NCBI GenBank assembly: GCA_038087875.1
Contig: CM075979.1
Span: 73,718,001 to 73,782,000 of the forward strand
Length of the DNA stretch: 64,000 nucleotides
Source: Malacoraja senta
Lineage: Eukaryota
Direction of reading: 5' to 3'
A program made the translations under genes and the position numbers. This document shows, in pieces, positions 12,156 through 26,188 of the stretch; within the stretch, counting starts at the first letter, position 1, and the number at the start of each line of letters is the position of its first letter. The notes below the pieces were generated by a model. The model did no database searches. It had not been told where the DNA came from and worked only from the letters and a program-made list of their open reading frames with translations.

Positions 12156-12515
12156 CTGGAATGATTCTTCTGGCTTCCATGACATGCCTGCTGTACATGG
12201 AGTTGATTTGGAAGATTCTCCAAATAGCCCTGAGTGACTCCACAACTCAACATCATTGCGGTCAGAAAGACAGGTTCACCCTTACTGTGGACTTGCTGAG
12301 GGCGCAGCGTATGCATTCGAGCCTGCGTCCAACAGGGTGAAGAGAGGCTCTCCGCGGCTGCAGTAATCTTGCCGCCTTCCCTGTTGTACACTCAGGAAAC
12401 ACGGGTCACTTCGGTGGAAAGGAAGGGGCAATTTCTGGCCACGTGTCTGTGCATTCATAACTAGTCCGTGCTCTGTGTGAGTTTAAAATATCTAATTTAT
12501 TTTCCCTTCAAACAG

Positions 12516-14178
12516 ATCGATAAGCACAGTCCTTCCACAAAACAGTTTTCATCGGAAAGGAGAGGTGAACAGTCGCAGGAAAAGCCCAGCTCTCTTTCCA
12601 CCCTCTCTCCGGTACGGCAGCAGCCTCTGTTCTTCCCAGAAATGTCTTTGCCCTGTTCGCCAGTGGAATCGCAGCCAGCAGTCACCCCTCCTGCCATCTG
12701 CTGCCAGCCCCTGACATCGCCCCCAGCAGGCAGCCCCGTCACTGCCAAGTCCCCGGTGAAGTCCCAGCCACTCTCCTTGGTCCAGACCTCCACCCCCATC
12801 ACCGAACCCGGCAGGGAGTGGCTACGAGGTGGAGGGATCAAGGCAAAGGGCCCTCTGCAGGGGGTGGACAAACCGGCCAGGAAAGACCCCGTGGACGAGT
12901 TCTGGCTGAGGAGCAATGAGATGAGGAGAAATCTGGGAGTCAGTGCTCTGGAGAGAACCAGCGGCTCAGAAACCAGCTTCACCTTGTCCACCACGGGGTC
13001 GGCATCCCCTCAGTCCTTCACGCCGGAGGAGATGTTTGACGAATGCACATCCAGCCCTCAGCCGCTCTCGGGGACGCCCACCGCACCCATGGTGGGAGGG
13101 CAGCTGGTTCCATCCCCCACCCTCAGCCCATCCATCGGGCTGGAGCCCAAGAACTCAGACAGTGGGCAAAGGGACCTGACCAGCACCTCAGGGCTGGGCC
13201 TGAACGGGAGCATGAGTAACACTAGGACCGCTGCCAGTGAGAGCCTCAACAACTCGGACACCATGTTAACACCTCCCTCCAGCCCGCCCCCACCTCCCCC
13301 TGCTGGCGAGGAGCCCGCCACCCTCCGCCGTAAGAAGCAGCAGGGCCCCAGGCCTCGGCCTGCCGAGCAAGGCCCTGCTGCCCGGCCCGGTGACCAGCCC
13401 GCCTCAGGCCTGCAGTCGGCAGGTGTGAGGAAGTCGCTGGTGGAGAGCCTGGACGAGATTCCCTTTGCGGACGACGTTGAGGACACGTACGATGACCGGA
13501 CGCCCGACGCCAGCATCCAGGAGCGGTTCTACACGCCGGCCGGCAGCCTGGAGAAACCCGGGCAGCTGCACCTGGCCCCCGCCAAAGACACGCCTCCCCC
13601 GAGCGGGAAACGGCGGCCCCTCACCCAGATCTCCCCCGAGGCCAAGGAGATCGCTAAAGAGAGGATGAGGGCCCGCGAGAAGTCAGTCAAGAGCCAGGCT
13701 CTCCGAGACGCCATGGCCAAGGAGCTGTGGAAGATGAAGGAAATGGAAGCGGTGGAAGGGTCCCCAGCCCGTCCTCCGATAGCCCAGGTGGCCGAGGCGC
13801 CGGCTCCCCTCACCGCCAAGTTAATCGATGGGGACCAGCCGCAGCAGGAGGCGGTGGTGGAGAAGCCGTTGCCTGCACCGGCACAGGACCTCAGTCTGGA
13901 GGGATCAGGAGCCTCCTCCGAGGGTTCTGCCAGCAAGAACAAGAAGAGAACCTCCCTCTTCTCCCCCCGCAAGAGCAAAAAGGAGAAAAAGTCCAAGACT
14001 GAGAGCAGCCTGACCGAGGAGAGCACCAAGCCCAGGTCCATCTGGAAATCCGTCTTCTCCAGTTACCGGAGGGACAGAAAGAAGAAGGAGGAGAAGGCGT
14101 GCCCCAGCACCCCGTCCAGCAGCATCACCGCCAACTCCGGCACCAGGCGCAGCAATGACATCCTCCGCACCGCAGTCG
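12516..14178 (+). CDS. MICAL3: MICAL3-like large Pro/Ser-rich exon
   Basis: MICAL3 signature peptides DEFWLRSNEMRRNLG, MLTPPSSPPPPPPAGEEPATLRRK, EIPFADDVEDTYDD, ERMRAREKSVKSQALRDAMA, SLFSPRK, CPSTPSS; aacag acceptor, G|gtagga donor. Confidence 0.95.
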
Positions 14179-14259
14179 GTAGGATACGGACATGCACTGC
14201 CCAAAGCACCGCGCACTCACCGTTAAACTGCCCCACACATCGCGCACTCGCCTTCAAAC

Positions 14260-14900
14260 ACTGGCCACACACCACACTCACCCTGATACACTGGACCCTA
14301 ACACACACCACACCACACTCACACTGAAACACTGGCCACACACAACACTCGCCCTGATACACTGGCCACACACCACACTCACCCTGATACACTGGCCACA
14401 CACCACACTCGCCCTGATACACTGGCCCCTAACACACCACACACCACACTCACACTGAAACACTGGCCACACACAACACTCGCCCTGAAACACTGGCCTC
14501 TAACACAGCACACACTCACCCTGATACACTGGCCACACACCACACTCACCCTGATACACTGGCCACACACCACACTCACCCTGATACACTGGCCACACAC
14601 CACACTCACACTGATACACTGGACCCTAACACAACACACACTCACCCTGATACACTGGCCACACACCACACTCACACTGATACACTGGACCCTAACACAG
14701 CACACACTCACCCTGATACACTGGCCACACACCACACTCACACTAAAACACTGGCCACACACCACACTCACACTGAAACACTGACTACGCACCAACACAT
14801 CCTGAAACACTGCCCACACACCACACTCACCCTGATGCACAAGCTCTTAACACACCACACTCACCCTGATACACTGCCCTCACACCACACTCACCCACAA
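14260..14900. repeat. Minisatellite, about 30-bp unit (cactggccacacaccacactcaccctgata)
   Basis: About 20 head-to-tail, slightly variable units. Confidence 0.92.
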
Positions 14901-16069
14901 ACACAGCTCCTAGCATAATGCCGTCTCACTTCCTCAAGCCTCCAATATCCACCTCCAATATCCTCCCTCTCCCTCTCTGCCTCCAATACCCTCACACTTC
15001 TCTGCACCTCCAATGCCCTCACATCTTTGTTTCTTGGGGTGGGAGGTGATCACCATATAGCACTCTATGCCCAACTGTTGCCGTGTTTGACCCTCACGTG
15101 CAAATCATTTAATCACAGTGCAATAAACAAAGCAATTTTTTTGCTTAACTCTGAAAGGCCACCAGAAATAGCCGTCAACTTTCCCCCTTCCCCTACACCC
15201 ACTTACTGACCCTACTTTACATCCAGCGGTCGTCTTCATTAAACTCCATGGACTTTCAATTTTCCGATAAGCCTGCCAGATGGCAAATACATTGAATGCA
15301 TTTCCATCCACGGTGACTTTTCTTGTTTCCATCCTCAAAAGTTTTAATTGAATTAGTTGGACCCAGCCTTGACTTAACATGCAGACGACCCGTGATTAAT
15401 CTTGTCCACCTTAATGACATTTAATGCAGTTCTGCTCATTTTTCCAATGATTTAACAATGATTGATCATACACATTCTGGCAACTAATTTTTCTGTGTAA
15501 CTCTCTTCCACCTTTTAAGCAACAGCGCATTTTTCAATGTGCCATTACTGTGCGGGGAGTGAGATGTGTCGAAACAATCTCAAGCCTTTTCTTAGTCACT
15601 GTTCCTGGGCCAGGGGGTGGCATTATAAGACTCTTTCTCTGGGCACATTGGTGCACCAGAGTTGGGGAACACATACTTCATCTCTGAGTGTTACGCATGA
15701 ATATAGAACAGTGCAGCAAATGAACAGGCCCTTCAGCCCACAATGTCCGTCCAAAACATGATGCCATGGTAAACTAATCTATTCTGCCTGTACGTGATCC
15801 ATATCCCTCCATTCTCTTCATATCTATGTGAATCAAAGCCTCAGGCCCTCACTACTCTCTATGTTAAATAAAAACTTTTCATGCACATCTCCTTTCAATT
15901 TTGACCCTTTCACCTTTAAGCTATGCCCTCTGGTCTTTGACATTTCCACCCTCTGAAAAGTGTTCTGACTGTGTACCTGATTATGCTTCTCATAATGTTA
16001 TACACTTCTAAGTCTTCCCTCAGCTCTGAAGCACCAGAAAAAAAACAATCTAAGCTTGTCCAACCTCTC

Positions 16070-16673
16070 CATATAACCATATATAACCATATAACCATAA
16101 CAGCACGGAAACAGGCCATCTCGGCCCTTCAAGTCCGTGCCGAACATTTTTTTTTTTTTTTTAATAAATACTTCCCCCTAGTCCCATCTACCTGCACTCA
16201 GACCATAACCCTCCATTCCTTTCCCGTCCATATACCCATCCAATCTATTTTTAAAGGATAACATCGAACCTGCCTCCACCACTTCCACTGGAAGCTCATT
16301 CCACACAGCTACCACTCTCTGAGTAAAGAAGTTCCCCCTAATGTTCCCCCTAAACTTCTGTCCCTTAATTCTCAAGTCATGTCCCCTTGTTTGAATCTTC
16401 CCTACTCTCAATGGGAAAAGCTTATCCACGTCCACTCTGTCTAACCCGCTCATAATTTTAAAGACCTCTATCAAGTCCCCTCTTAACCTTCTGCGCTCCA
16501 AAGAATAAAGACCTAACTTGTTCAACCTTTCTCTGTAACTTAGTTGCTGAAACCCAGGCAACATTCTAGTAAATCTCCTCTGTACTCTCTCTATTTTGTT
16601 GACATCCTTCCTATAATTAGGCGACCAAAATTGTACTCCATACTCCAGAATTGGCCTCACCAATGCCTTGTAC
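16070..16673 (-). mobile_element. Young 5'-truncated CR1-like LINE 3' end, nested in an older CR1
   Basis: Open ORF2 C-terminus LVRPILEYGVQFWSPNY..LERRRLRGDLIEVFKI..FFTQRVV; (ATATGGTT)n tail; near-identical to 42036-43180. Confidence 0.92.
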
Positions 16674-16945
16674 CTAATTATACCTAATACTCTAAATCAG
16701 GCAGCATTCTGGTTAAAAATTAGACCAAGTGCTGGCAAATTGGACCAAGTGCTGGCATAACTCCAGGACATTCTGATAAACCTTTTTCTGCGCACTATCC
16801 AAAACCTGTACATCCTTCCTGCAATGGGGCTCCTTGAACTGCATGCAATACACCAAATGTGGCCTCACCATAGACGTAAAAAGCTGCAACATGACTTCCT
16901 GGCTCTTGTACTCAATGTCCTGACTAATGAAACCAAGCATACCAT

Positions 16946-17065
16946 CTGAAGAAGGGTTTTGACCCGAAACGTCACCCATTCCTTCCCTCCAGAGATGCTG
17001 CCTGTCCCGTTGAGTTACTCCAGCATTTTCGGTTTAAACCAGCATCTGCAGTTCCTTCATACACA
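16946..17065 (+). mobile_element. Penelope-derived short repeat with a minimal hammerhead core (CTGAAGA-stem II-GAAACGTC)
   Basis: ctgaagaagggttttgacccgaaacgtc at 16946-16973 followed by the family body. Confidence 0.75.
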
Positions 17066-17511
17066 TACCTTCTTTGACAATCTGTCTACCTGTGTTGCTA
17101 CGTTCAAGGTGCTATGACCTTGGATCCCAAGTTCCTTCTGTGCATTGATGCTGTTAAGGATCTTGCCATTGCAAGAATGAGATGGGGACTATGTACAAGG
17201 ACCTTCCCTAAATACTTTCATAATACAAGGGTGGTGATCTACATGGGGGAACTGTGGGGTTTGGGTGAGTAAATGCTGCATGAAGGTTCTCACTCTGAGA
17301 TCTGGGGGTGCGAGGTATGCAGGATATTTGGACACTATCACTGTGTGGGAAGTGGATATACAAGACATTTTGCCACTGCACAAGGGACATGGGATACACG
17401 TGAGCTCCTTTAGTTCCATCACTCCAAGGGACTGGGCGTCCTGGCCTTGTGTAGACCTTCATTGTTCAACCTATTTCAGGGACACGGTTCTCATGTGGTT
17501 GTTTGTTGCAG

Positions 17512-17606
17512 GACTCCAACTCCGTCAACACCTGAGTTTCTCGGAGGACTCGGACTTGTCCAGTGACGATATACTTGAGAGGACCTCACAGCGCTCCAGG
17601 CGAGAG
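17512..17606 (+). CDS. MICAL3: MICAL3-like exon: GLQLRQHLSFSEDSDLSSDDILERTSQRSRRE
   Basis: Matches MICAL3 LQLRRQLSFSEDSDLSSDDVLEKSSQKSRRE; ttgcag / gtaccc, phase 1 to 0. Confidence 0.95.
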
Positions 17607-18561
17607 GTACCCAGGCACTGCTTTTTGTGTGGGTGTGTGTGCATGTGTGCGCGTGTGTGTGTGCACACTGCGTGCCGCGTGAGTTTTCCATTTGGCTTCT
17701 GGGTCTGTGCTGAGCTAGGCTGGGCCAATTAAAGTGGGATGAAATCTGTAAATATATTGGGGGGGAAGAAGTCAGTCAGGGATCTCACTGGTGAAGATTG
17801 TTTTCAAAGCAGTTCGATTCAGATGTAGGATTGTGCTTGGTCTTCTCATTGGGATTGTAAATGAGATCAGGATTGGGTATCGAAGTGTGATTAGATCGAG
17901 GATTGTCTTGGATACAGGTGTACAGAGATTCAAGTGTGTTGTATTTGAGGAGTCCGAGTGCACAGGGATAGAAGGGTCCAAGTAAACGTGCACAAGGACC
18001 TGGGTAGAGTGATAAATAGATCCATGAGCTCCGAGATAGAATTAGAATAGAAATAGAATTATCCCTGAGATGGAATTATCTGTTTGCAGAAGAACAGGTG
18101 TGCGAGTGCACTTTGCTTCAAGTATACTGTGGGAAAGGGGTCCAAGTGTACGGGTAGAAAGGTCCAAGGTGGTAGTCAAACTGCACTGCGGTAAATACAT
18201 GCATGCTCAATTGTAGGGTGTTAAAGGGAATGGAGCAGAAAGGATCTATAATCAATCAATGTCTACAGCAGTGTAGGAGAACTGGACAAGAGTGGATACA
18301 TTCAATGAACAGGTGATAGAGAGGTGTGTTTGCACAGTTTCAGAAGCACTGAAATATACTGGGCTAGGGTGTGAGGATACGATGGATTGGCTGGTGAGCA
18401 TGAGAGCACATTAGTATTGATTGGTTGGCAAGTGTCAATATGAAGGCAAAATGTTTTTTGTTTTTTTTACTTCTACATTATAGTGCCAGTTTGTCTTTGA
18501 TACTGTGATCTGTTTTCAATCTGTTCCTTTCTAAGTTGTTTTATTTTTCTTCCTTCTTGAG

Positions 18562-18612
18562 ACTGTCTATGTTCCTCATGCTCTGGCATTCAGGAGATCA
18601 TACACGTTGAAG
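18562..18612 (+). CDS. MICAL3: MICAL3-like 51-nt cassette exon: TVYVPHALAFRRSYTLK
   Basis: Long pyrimidine tract, GAG acceptor, AAG|gtagag donor, phase 0 to 0; resembles the recalled alternative MICAL3 peptide S(I/V)YVPHALAF(K/R)RSY. Confidence 0.8.
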
Positions 18613-19089
18613 GTAGAGTGCTGTACACTGATGCTGAGTGGCTGCAATGCAGGCAACACTGTCAATCAATGGTTTTCCTCCACAGATGGAGAAGGGAGGG
18701 TGATGAACGGTGTGGGTTTGAGGGTGTGTGGCCCCATTAGTGTTAATTGGAGATTTAGAGAAGGCGGTTTCATCCTGCGCTGTGAAGGGGAGTAGATTCA
18801 GTCTGTTTGAGGAGGGGGGATAATTTCATGCAGGAGATGGACATTTCAGTGCCTTCAAGGACTGGGAGCGACAGCAATTTAATTTCACATCCTTCTCGGG
18901 CTCCTAGGTTGTGAGGTTTAGGTATTCTTCCATTTACATGTCCTCACCTATTCCATCAAATATTTTTTTCCCTATCAGTTAATCCTTTTCTGTAGCTCAG
19001 CTCCAAGGCATTGACACAAAAAGTATTTCTCACGGCAGTGTTGTCCTTGTCTTCTTACGGGTGTTACTCACTGTCTGCCCCACTGCTGT

Positions 19090-20930
19090 GCTGATTCACG
19101 CAATGGATAAAGCACGAAAGGGGACCATTTAGTCCATATTGACTCAATGGAATAGCAATCCAGCCTGTCCCACTGCACTGCCCTCTCTCCCCATAGCCCT
19201 GTAAATTCTCTCCGGCATTTACTTGCTGCCTTTTGCAAGCTACAATTGATTTTGCCCCTACTACTGTGCCTGGTGGTCCATTCCCGACCCAACCACTTGA
19301 TGTGAAAAAACATAATTTTCTCGCATCACTTTTGGTTCTTTTACCAAGCACCTTATTTCTATGAGACCAGTTCTTATGACAACAATTCCTGTCCCCCTGC
19401 TCTATCAATTCCTTTCAGTTCCAAATCCTTCAATCAGACATCCTCACCAGCTCCTTTGTTTCAAGAGGAACGACCCTTGTTTCTTCAGTCTGTTTACATC
19501 ATCAAAGTTCGTTCTCTTTGGAATCATCTTAGTGAATCTCTTCCTCACTCTTTCACATCACTCCTTAAAGCTTCGGCCCCGAATTGACACAGTATCCCAA
19601 ATCAGTGTTGATAAAAGTGCCCTTGACTTTATATTCCTCCTTCTCATCCTCCCATTAAAATGTAGCACTTCACATTTCTCTGTATTATATTTCATTGAAT
19701 TCCTTGCCTCTAGTTATAAAGTTCAAAATCCCGTTTTGTTTTTGCAACTGCTTTCTTAACCTGACCTGCCACTTTCAACCAACTAAGCAGCACATATACC
19801 CACAGATCTCTCTCTTGTACCCACTTTTGAATTGGGCCTTTAAGTTTATATTCCCTTTTCTCATCCCACAAACTGTAATACTTCATCTCTCACAGTATTA
19901 CATGTCATCTGTCATCTATCTGTCCATTCCACCCGCCTGCCTACAGCTCATTCAAGTCTGTTACAAAACCTCTCGCAGTTCATTACATTTTTTGTGTTTT
20001 GTGTCATCTGCAAATATGAAATTGTTCCTGTACACCTGTTGTTAATATATAAAAATAAATGTCATAGTTCTGGAATGGGCTGCTGGAGAACTCCACTCTA
20101 CACTTCCTACCAGTCTGGAGAAACCCTTTTCACTGCCACTCCATCTGCTTTCGCTTTACCATTTTTTTATCCATGCTGCTATAACCCCTTTTTCCTGTGT
20201 CCTATGATCTTGTTAACAAGCTTTTTTGGCGACACTTAACAAATTCCTTTTAGATATCCCTACATACTTCGTCAATCCCACTTTCCTCATCAACAATCTC
20301 TGTTACTACATGAAAATCTATAACAAGTTAATTTGGACATAATTTGATTGTAACAAATTTATGCTCACTTTCTCTAATCAATCCACATGTCCAAATGACT
20401 GATAATTATCTCCCATTTAATATTTTTTGGACTTTCCCTATTACCGAGGTTAAAGTAACAGATGTATAGTTACTGGCATGAATCTATAGATGTTGGGGTG
20501 ATTATGGCTAGGATTTCTGCAATTTCCTCCCTTATTTCCTTAAGTAACCTAGGATGCATTCCATCTGTTCCAGGTGATTTATACATTCCGTCAACCAGCC
20601 TTTCCATTACCTCCTTGTTGTCAATTTTGAGCCTGTCCAGAATTTCAATAACTTCATTCTATGTGATAACTTCAGCAACATATTTAACCATGGTGAACCC
20701 TGACATAAAGTTCTTAGTACCTCAGCCATATCTTGTGCCTCAATGAGTTTGCTTGTTTTCTGATCTTTGACCTGCACCATCTACCCCCTCATATGACTCA
20801 AGCCTGTTGAAGATTTCTCAATTCTCTTGTACATATGCTGCCAATCTTTTCTTTTGCTCTCCATTTCCTTTTCTACTTCCCCTGAACTTCCTGCAATACG
20901 CCTGTTTTACACAGTTACCAAATGCAATAA
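19090..20930 (-). mobile_element. Old, heavily decayed CR1-like LINE fragments
   Basis: Degraded 3' end and RT-like segments on the minus strand. Confidence 0.55.
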
Positions 20931-20934
20931 GTTC

Positions 20935-22920
20935 ACGTCATAGGAGCAGAATTAGGCCATTCGGCTCATTGAGTCTACTCTGCTGTTCAATCTTGGCTGA
21001 TCTATCTTTCCCTCTCAACCCTGTTCTCCTGCCTTTTCCCAATAAACCTTAACACCTTTACTAATCAAGAATCTGTCAATCTCCACCATACAATACCCAA
21101 TCACATAGCCTCCACGCCATCTGTGACAATGGATTCCACAGATTCACCACCCTCTATCCAAAGAAATTCCTCCTCCTCTCCTTCCCAAAGGTACGTCCTT
21201 TTAGTCTGAGGTTTCCCCTCTTATCCTAGACTCTCCCACTAATGGAAACATGCTCTCCACATCCACTCTATCCAGGCCTTTCACTATTAGGTAAATTTCA
21301 ATGAGGTTTTTCAACCTTCTATCCATGCTAATATCTTCCCTTTAATACTCTGGGCATTCATCTTCATTCGCAGCCTCATGTGCAGCATCTTATCAATGGC
21401 CTTCTGAAAATCCATGTAAACAATATCCACTGACTCTCCTTTGTCTATCCTGCTATTTACTTCCTCAAAGAATTCCAACAGATTTGTCAGGCAAGACGTT
21501 CCCTTCACAAAACCATGCTGACTGTGGCCTTTTATCATTTGCTTCTAAGTACTCAGAAAGCTCATCGTTTATAATAGACTCTAAAATCTTACCAACCACT
21601 GAAGTCAGACTAACCGGCCAATAGTTTTCCCTCTTTTGCTTTGCTCCCTACTTGAATAGTGGAGTAACATTTGCAATTTTCCAATCATTTGGAACCTGTC
21701 TCAAGTGATTCTTGACAGATCACTACTAATGCCTCCACAATCTCTAAAGCTACCTCTTTCATAACCCTTGGGGTGTAGTCCATCTGGTACAGGTGACTTA
21801 TCCACTTTCAGACCTTTCAGCTTCCCAAGCACATTCTCCTTAGTAATAGTCACTCCACTAACCTCTGCCCCCTGACTTTCTTTATTTCAGGCACGTTGCT
21901 GGTGTCTTCAGCTTTGAAGACTGATGCAAAAAACTTATTCAATTCATTTCTTTATTCCCCATTATCACTTCTCCCTCGTTATTTTCCAGCGGTCCAATAT
22001 CCATTCTTGCCTCTCTCTTACTCTTTATATATTTGAAGAGACATTTGCTATCTTCTTTTATATTATTGGCTACCTTACCTCCATATTTCATCTTTTCTCC
22101 CTGTATTGCCTTTTTAATTACCTTCCGTTGGTTTTTAAAAGCTGCCCAATCCTCTAGCCTCCCACTAATCTTTGCAGTATTATATGCCTTCTCTTTTAGT
22201 TTTATGTTGTCATTGACTTCCCTTGTCAACCACAGTCACCTCATTCTCCCCTGAGAACCTTTCTTCCTCTTTGGGATGAAAATATCCTGCATCTTCCAAA
22301 TTATTCCCAGAAACACCTGCCATTGCCGCTCCCCTGTCATTCCTGCTCGGGTCCCTTTCCAATCAACTTTAGCCAGCTCCTCCCTCTTGTCTCTGTGGTC
22401 ACCTTTACTATAATACAGACACATCCGATTTTATCTTCTCCCTCTCAAACTGCAGGGTGAATCTTATCATATTATGGTCACTACCTTCTAGGGTTTCTTG
22501 TACCTTAAGCTCTCCAATAACTTCCAGTTCATTACTCAATACCAAATCCAGAATTGTCTTTTCCCAAGTAGGCTTGACTACAAGCTGCTCTGAGAACCCA
22601 TCTCATAGGCATTCTACAAATTCCTTCTCTTGGGATCCAGTACCAACCTGATTTTCCCAGTCTCCCTGCATATTGAAATCCCCATATGACCACTGTAACA
22701 CTGCCTTTCTTTCAAGCTGATTGTATCTCCTGATTTGTACCCTGCATCCTGGCTATAGTTCGAATGCCTGTAAATAACTCCCATCAGGGTTTTTCATCCT
22801 TGCATTTTCTTTGCCCTACCCACAAGGATTATGCATCTTCTGATCCAATGTCACCCCTTGCTGTGGACTGAATTTCATTCCTTACCAGCAGAACCACCCC
22901 ACCCCCTCTGCCCATCTATT
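20935..22920 (-). mobile_element. Decayed CR1-like LINE (endonuclease end, RT start and 3' end; RT core deleted)
   Basis: SQHGFVKGTSCLTNLLEFFEEV..VDIVYMDFQKA, NIKEDSK.LFKYIKSKR; 3' tail at 20935-21310. Confidence 0.85.
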
Positions 22921-23856
22921 TTCCTCTCTCTGCTCTTGGAATTGATGGAACTGATATTCATTAAATGAAAACATTTTGCAGTGGCCTGGGAAACCGTGAT
23001 TGACGTATAATGAGGTATTAGAAAGTACAGAGTATAAAACCCTTCCTATTCACCCACACAGTGCTATTGTAAATGGGAACTTGGAGGCTTAAGTGGGTAC
23101 AGTTTTTCCGTTGTTCCCATGTTCAGGAATCATTCCACTTCCACTATTTTGAGCTGGTTCTCCCCATTATCCGTGGTGGAGGAGATGAGTAATGGGGTAT
23201 TTGAATATCCATGTGCAATTAATTCACACTTCTCTTTGTGCATAGAAAATTAAAGGTGATCTTACTGAGATTCGAAGAGTTGTAGTGTGCCCCTACTGTC
23301 ATAGAGCTGTCGGCACAAGGCATTAAGGGAGTAATGAAAATAAGCCAAACAACCAACGAGTGGTAGCAAACTTTCATTGCCCATCCCTGCCTCATTGCCC
23401 AATCATAATGTGGAGAAACAGCTGATGAATCTACCCAAGTATTACTGTTCAAACTGTAGAATTAGATCTATGCTTTGATCTATGCTGCAATCCGTATGTG
23501 TTCTTCAGCTTTTGTGAAGCAGATTTGATCAGTGTCCGGGTGCTTTTCTCTGTCTGTGGCCTCCTGCAAGTAGATGCAGATCCTCTTTGTGTCTTCATGG
23601 ATCCAGTAGTTTGCTCTGTCCTTGTGTGTTCTTCCAGTGAGTTTGGTGGATTTGTTTTCTGCATTCAAGCCTGCAGTAGATTCAGTGGTGTGATCTAATA
23701 GTCCTGCGGCATACTTTGTCTGAATGATCCACTCCCACTGTACCTATTACTGAGTGCACTAGTCACGCCTGGTGTTTGTTCCTCGCTTCACTGGAAAGGA
23801 CATTCACTGAGGACATTTTGCTGTGCAAAAATAAAAACTGGGCTCTCTTCTTTCAG

Positions 23857-23964
23857 AAACCCTACAGTGAAGAGGAGCTCAACTCCAAACTGACTCGGAG
23901 GGTACAGAAGGCAGCCCGCAGACAAGCCAAGCAGGAAGAGCTGAAGAGGTTACACAGAGCACAG
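23857..23964 (+). CDS. MICAL3: MICAL3-like exon: KPYSEEELNSKLTRRVQKAARRQAKQEELKRLHRAQ (bMERB start)
   Basis: Near-identical to MICAL3; tttcag / gttggc, 108 nt. Confidence 0.97.
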
Positions 23965-26094
23965 GTTGGCAACTGGGGGCTTGGTCCCATCAGTCTGAGT
24001 CATGGGGAAGAAAGATTCTGTGCAGAAAGCAAAGCTAATATCCCCAAATAAATGGGCAGAAACAAAATCCTTCACTTCAAAGGATTCCTTCTCAGACCAG
24101 TCCACACCTTCATCTATCTTGTCTCTCTATTTCAGGAAACCAGCTATCGATTGGCATTTATTACATGCAAAATACCCCACATGTGTCTAAAATACAAACT
24201 TTCCAAGCAGGTTTTATGGTAGACAGTCCTGAGTGATGATGGGTATTTAGTACACTTCCCTCATAGGGTAATAGGCACAGTCATAATCTGCCAAATGATG
24301 GCGTTACAATGTGTGGTACGTATGCGGTGAGGACAAATGAGTTATCTGCTACACGTCCCAAAGGGAACAATCAACACTAAAATAAGGAGCTGAGGCGCCC
24401 TCGAGCTTGCCCCGCCAGTCAATATGATCATGGCTGATCGACCCTGATCACAGCTTCTCTGCTGTGCCAATCCCCATAACCTTTGATTCATCGATAGTTC
24501 AAATATTTATCTTTCTCCGCCTGTAATATTTCTAGTGATCTGGCCACAGCCTCTCTCATGAGCAGATTCACTACCTTCTAACATGTTTCCACGCACCTTA
24601 GTTTTATTTTGTAACTATGTCCCCTTGTTCATGACTAGACCCAAGTGAAAACATTTCAACATCTAACCTATCAAACCTCCTTGTGATCTTATATGAATGA
24701 AGAAGACCCCTCATTCTTCTAAACTTCAAGGAATACAGACCCAAACTATCCAATATCTCTTGATAGGACAATCCCCTCACCCCAAGAATTAGCTTGGTGA
24801 ATTGCCTTTGAACTGTTCAGAATGCAACTATTTTATTTTAAGTAAGGAAACTAAAATTGTGCACAATATTCTAGGTGTGACCTCACAAATACCCTGTGCA
24901 ACTGTAAAAGCCCCTGACCAGACCCAAAATGTCACCTATCCATGTCCTCCAGAAATGCTACCCGAACCGCTGAGTTACTCCAGCACTTTGTGTTCTATGC
25001 AAGGCCCCCCCTACCATTCTTTAAGGCCAAAATTATGTTTGCCTTCTTATCTGCTTATTGGACATTGCTAACTTTGTGATCCGTGCACCAGAACAGCTAG
25101 ATTCCTCTGAAGTTAACTAATTTGACGTTTCTCTCCATTTTGATGATCTTACACTTCCACACGTTAAACTCCATTTGCCAACTTTTTTCCCCAAACACTC
25201 AGTCTTTATCATGTTCCAGAATTTCAGTGTCCTCACCACAACAGGCCCTTCCACATTTTCGTATCAACGGCAAACTTGGAAATCTTACTTAGAGTCATAG
25301 AATAACACAGTGTAGAAATAGGTCCTTCGGCCCAACTTGTCCACACCGGCCAACATGTCCCAGCTACACTACTCCCACCTGCCTGTGTTTGGTCCATATC
25401 TCTCCAAACATGTCCTATCCATGTACCTTTCTAACTGTTTCTTAAATGTTGGGATAGTCCCTGCCTCAACTACCTCTTCTGGCAGCTTGTTCCAACACCA
25501 ACAACCTTTGTGTAAAAAAGTTATCCCTCAGATTCCTATGAAATTCCCAGTCCACAGCCGCGGGGCCCGTCGGGAACCCTGCACTGAGGGTTAGCAATTT
25601 CCACAACACACTGCCTGAGAGGGTTATGGATTGATTCATCAGAACATAAGAAACAGGAAGATTTGGCCTCTCGAGCCTGCTCCGCCATTTATTGGGATCA
25701 TGGTTGATTTTCTCTCACTGCCACTTTCCTGTACTTTTGCCATTTCACTTTATTCCCTTCGTATCCAGAACTCTGCCTGTCTCTATTCTAAATCAATTCA
25801 ATGACCAAGAATAATGGGATTTAATAATGACCGTGAGAGGGGTAATAGGATTTAATATTCACTGTGTGAGGGATAATTAATTCTCATGTTCGCCATGGGG
25901 GAGTAATGGGATCTATTGATCACCTCCAGAGAGGATAACAGGTTATTTGGTGCCATGCCAGATGGGGTAACCGATTGGCTGTGACTGTGCCTTCAGACAC
26001 ATTGCTCTTACGCGCAGCTCTCTTCTCTCATGTGGGGTGAGGTTTCCACTGCACCACCATGTCAACTGACCGGAGTAAACTCCTGCTCTTACAG

Positions 26095-26188
26095 ATCATT
26101 CAGCGGCAGCTGGAGCAGGTGGAGGAGAAGCAGCGGCAGCTGGAGGAGCGGGGAGTGGCCGTGGAGAAGGCTCTCCGGGGAGAAGCAG
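26095..26188 (+). CDS. MICAL3: MICAL3-like bMERB exon: IIQRQLEQVEEKQRQLEERGVAVEKALRGEA
   Basis: ttacag / gtaact, phase 0 to 1; MICAL3 match. Confidence 0.97.

Noticed and set aside
12468-14327. 619-aa single-exon gene
   Set aside because: It is an internal MICAL3 exon (12516-14178); both ORF ends are intronic
14260-14900. CRISPR-like array (also 63290-63835)
   Set aside because: Head-to-tail degenerate units without unique spacers, eukaryotic intron, no cas genes
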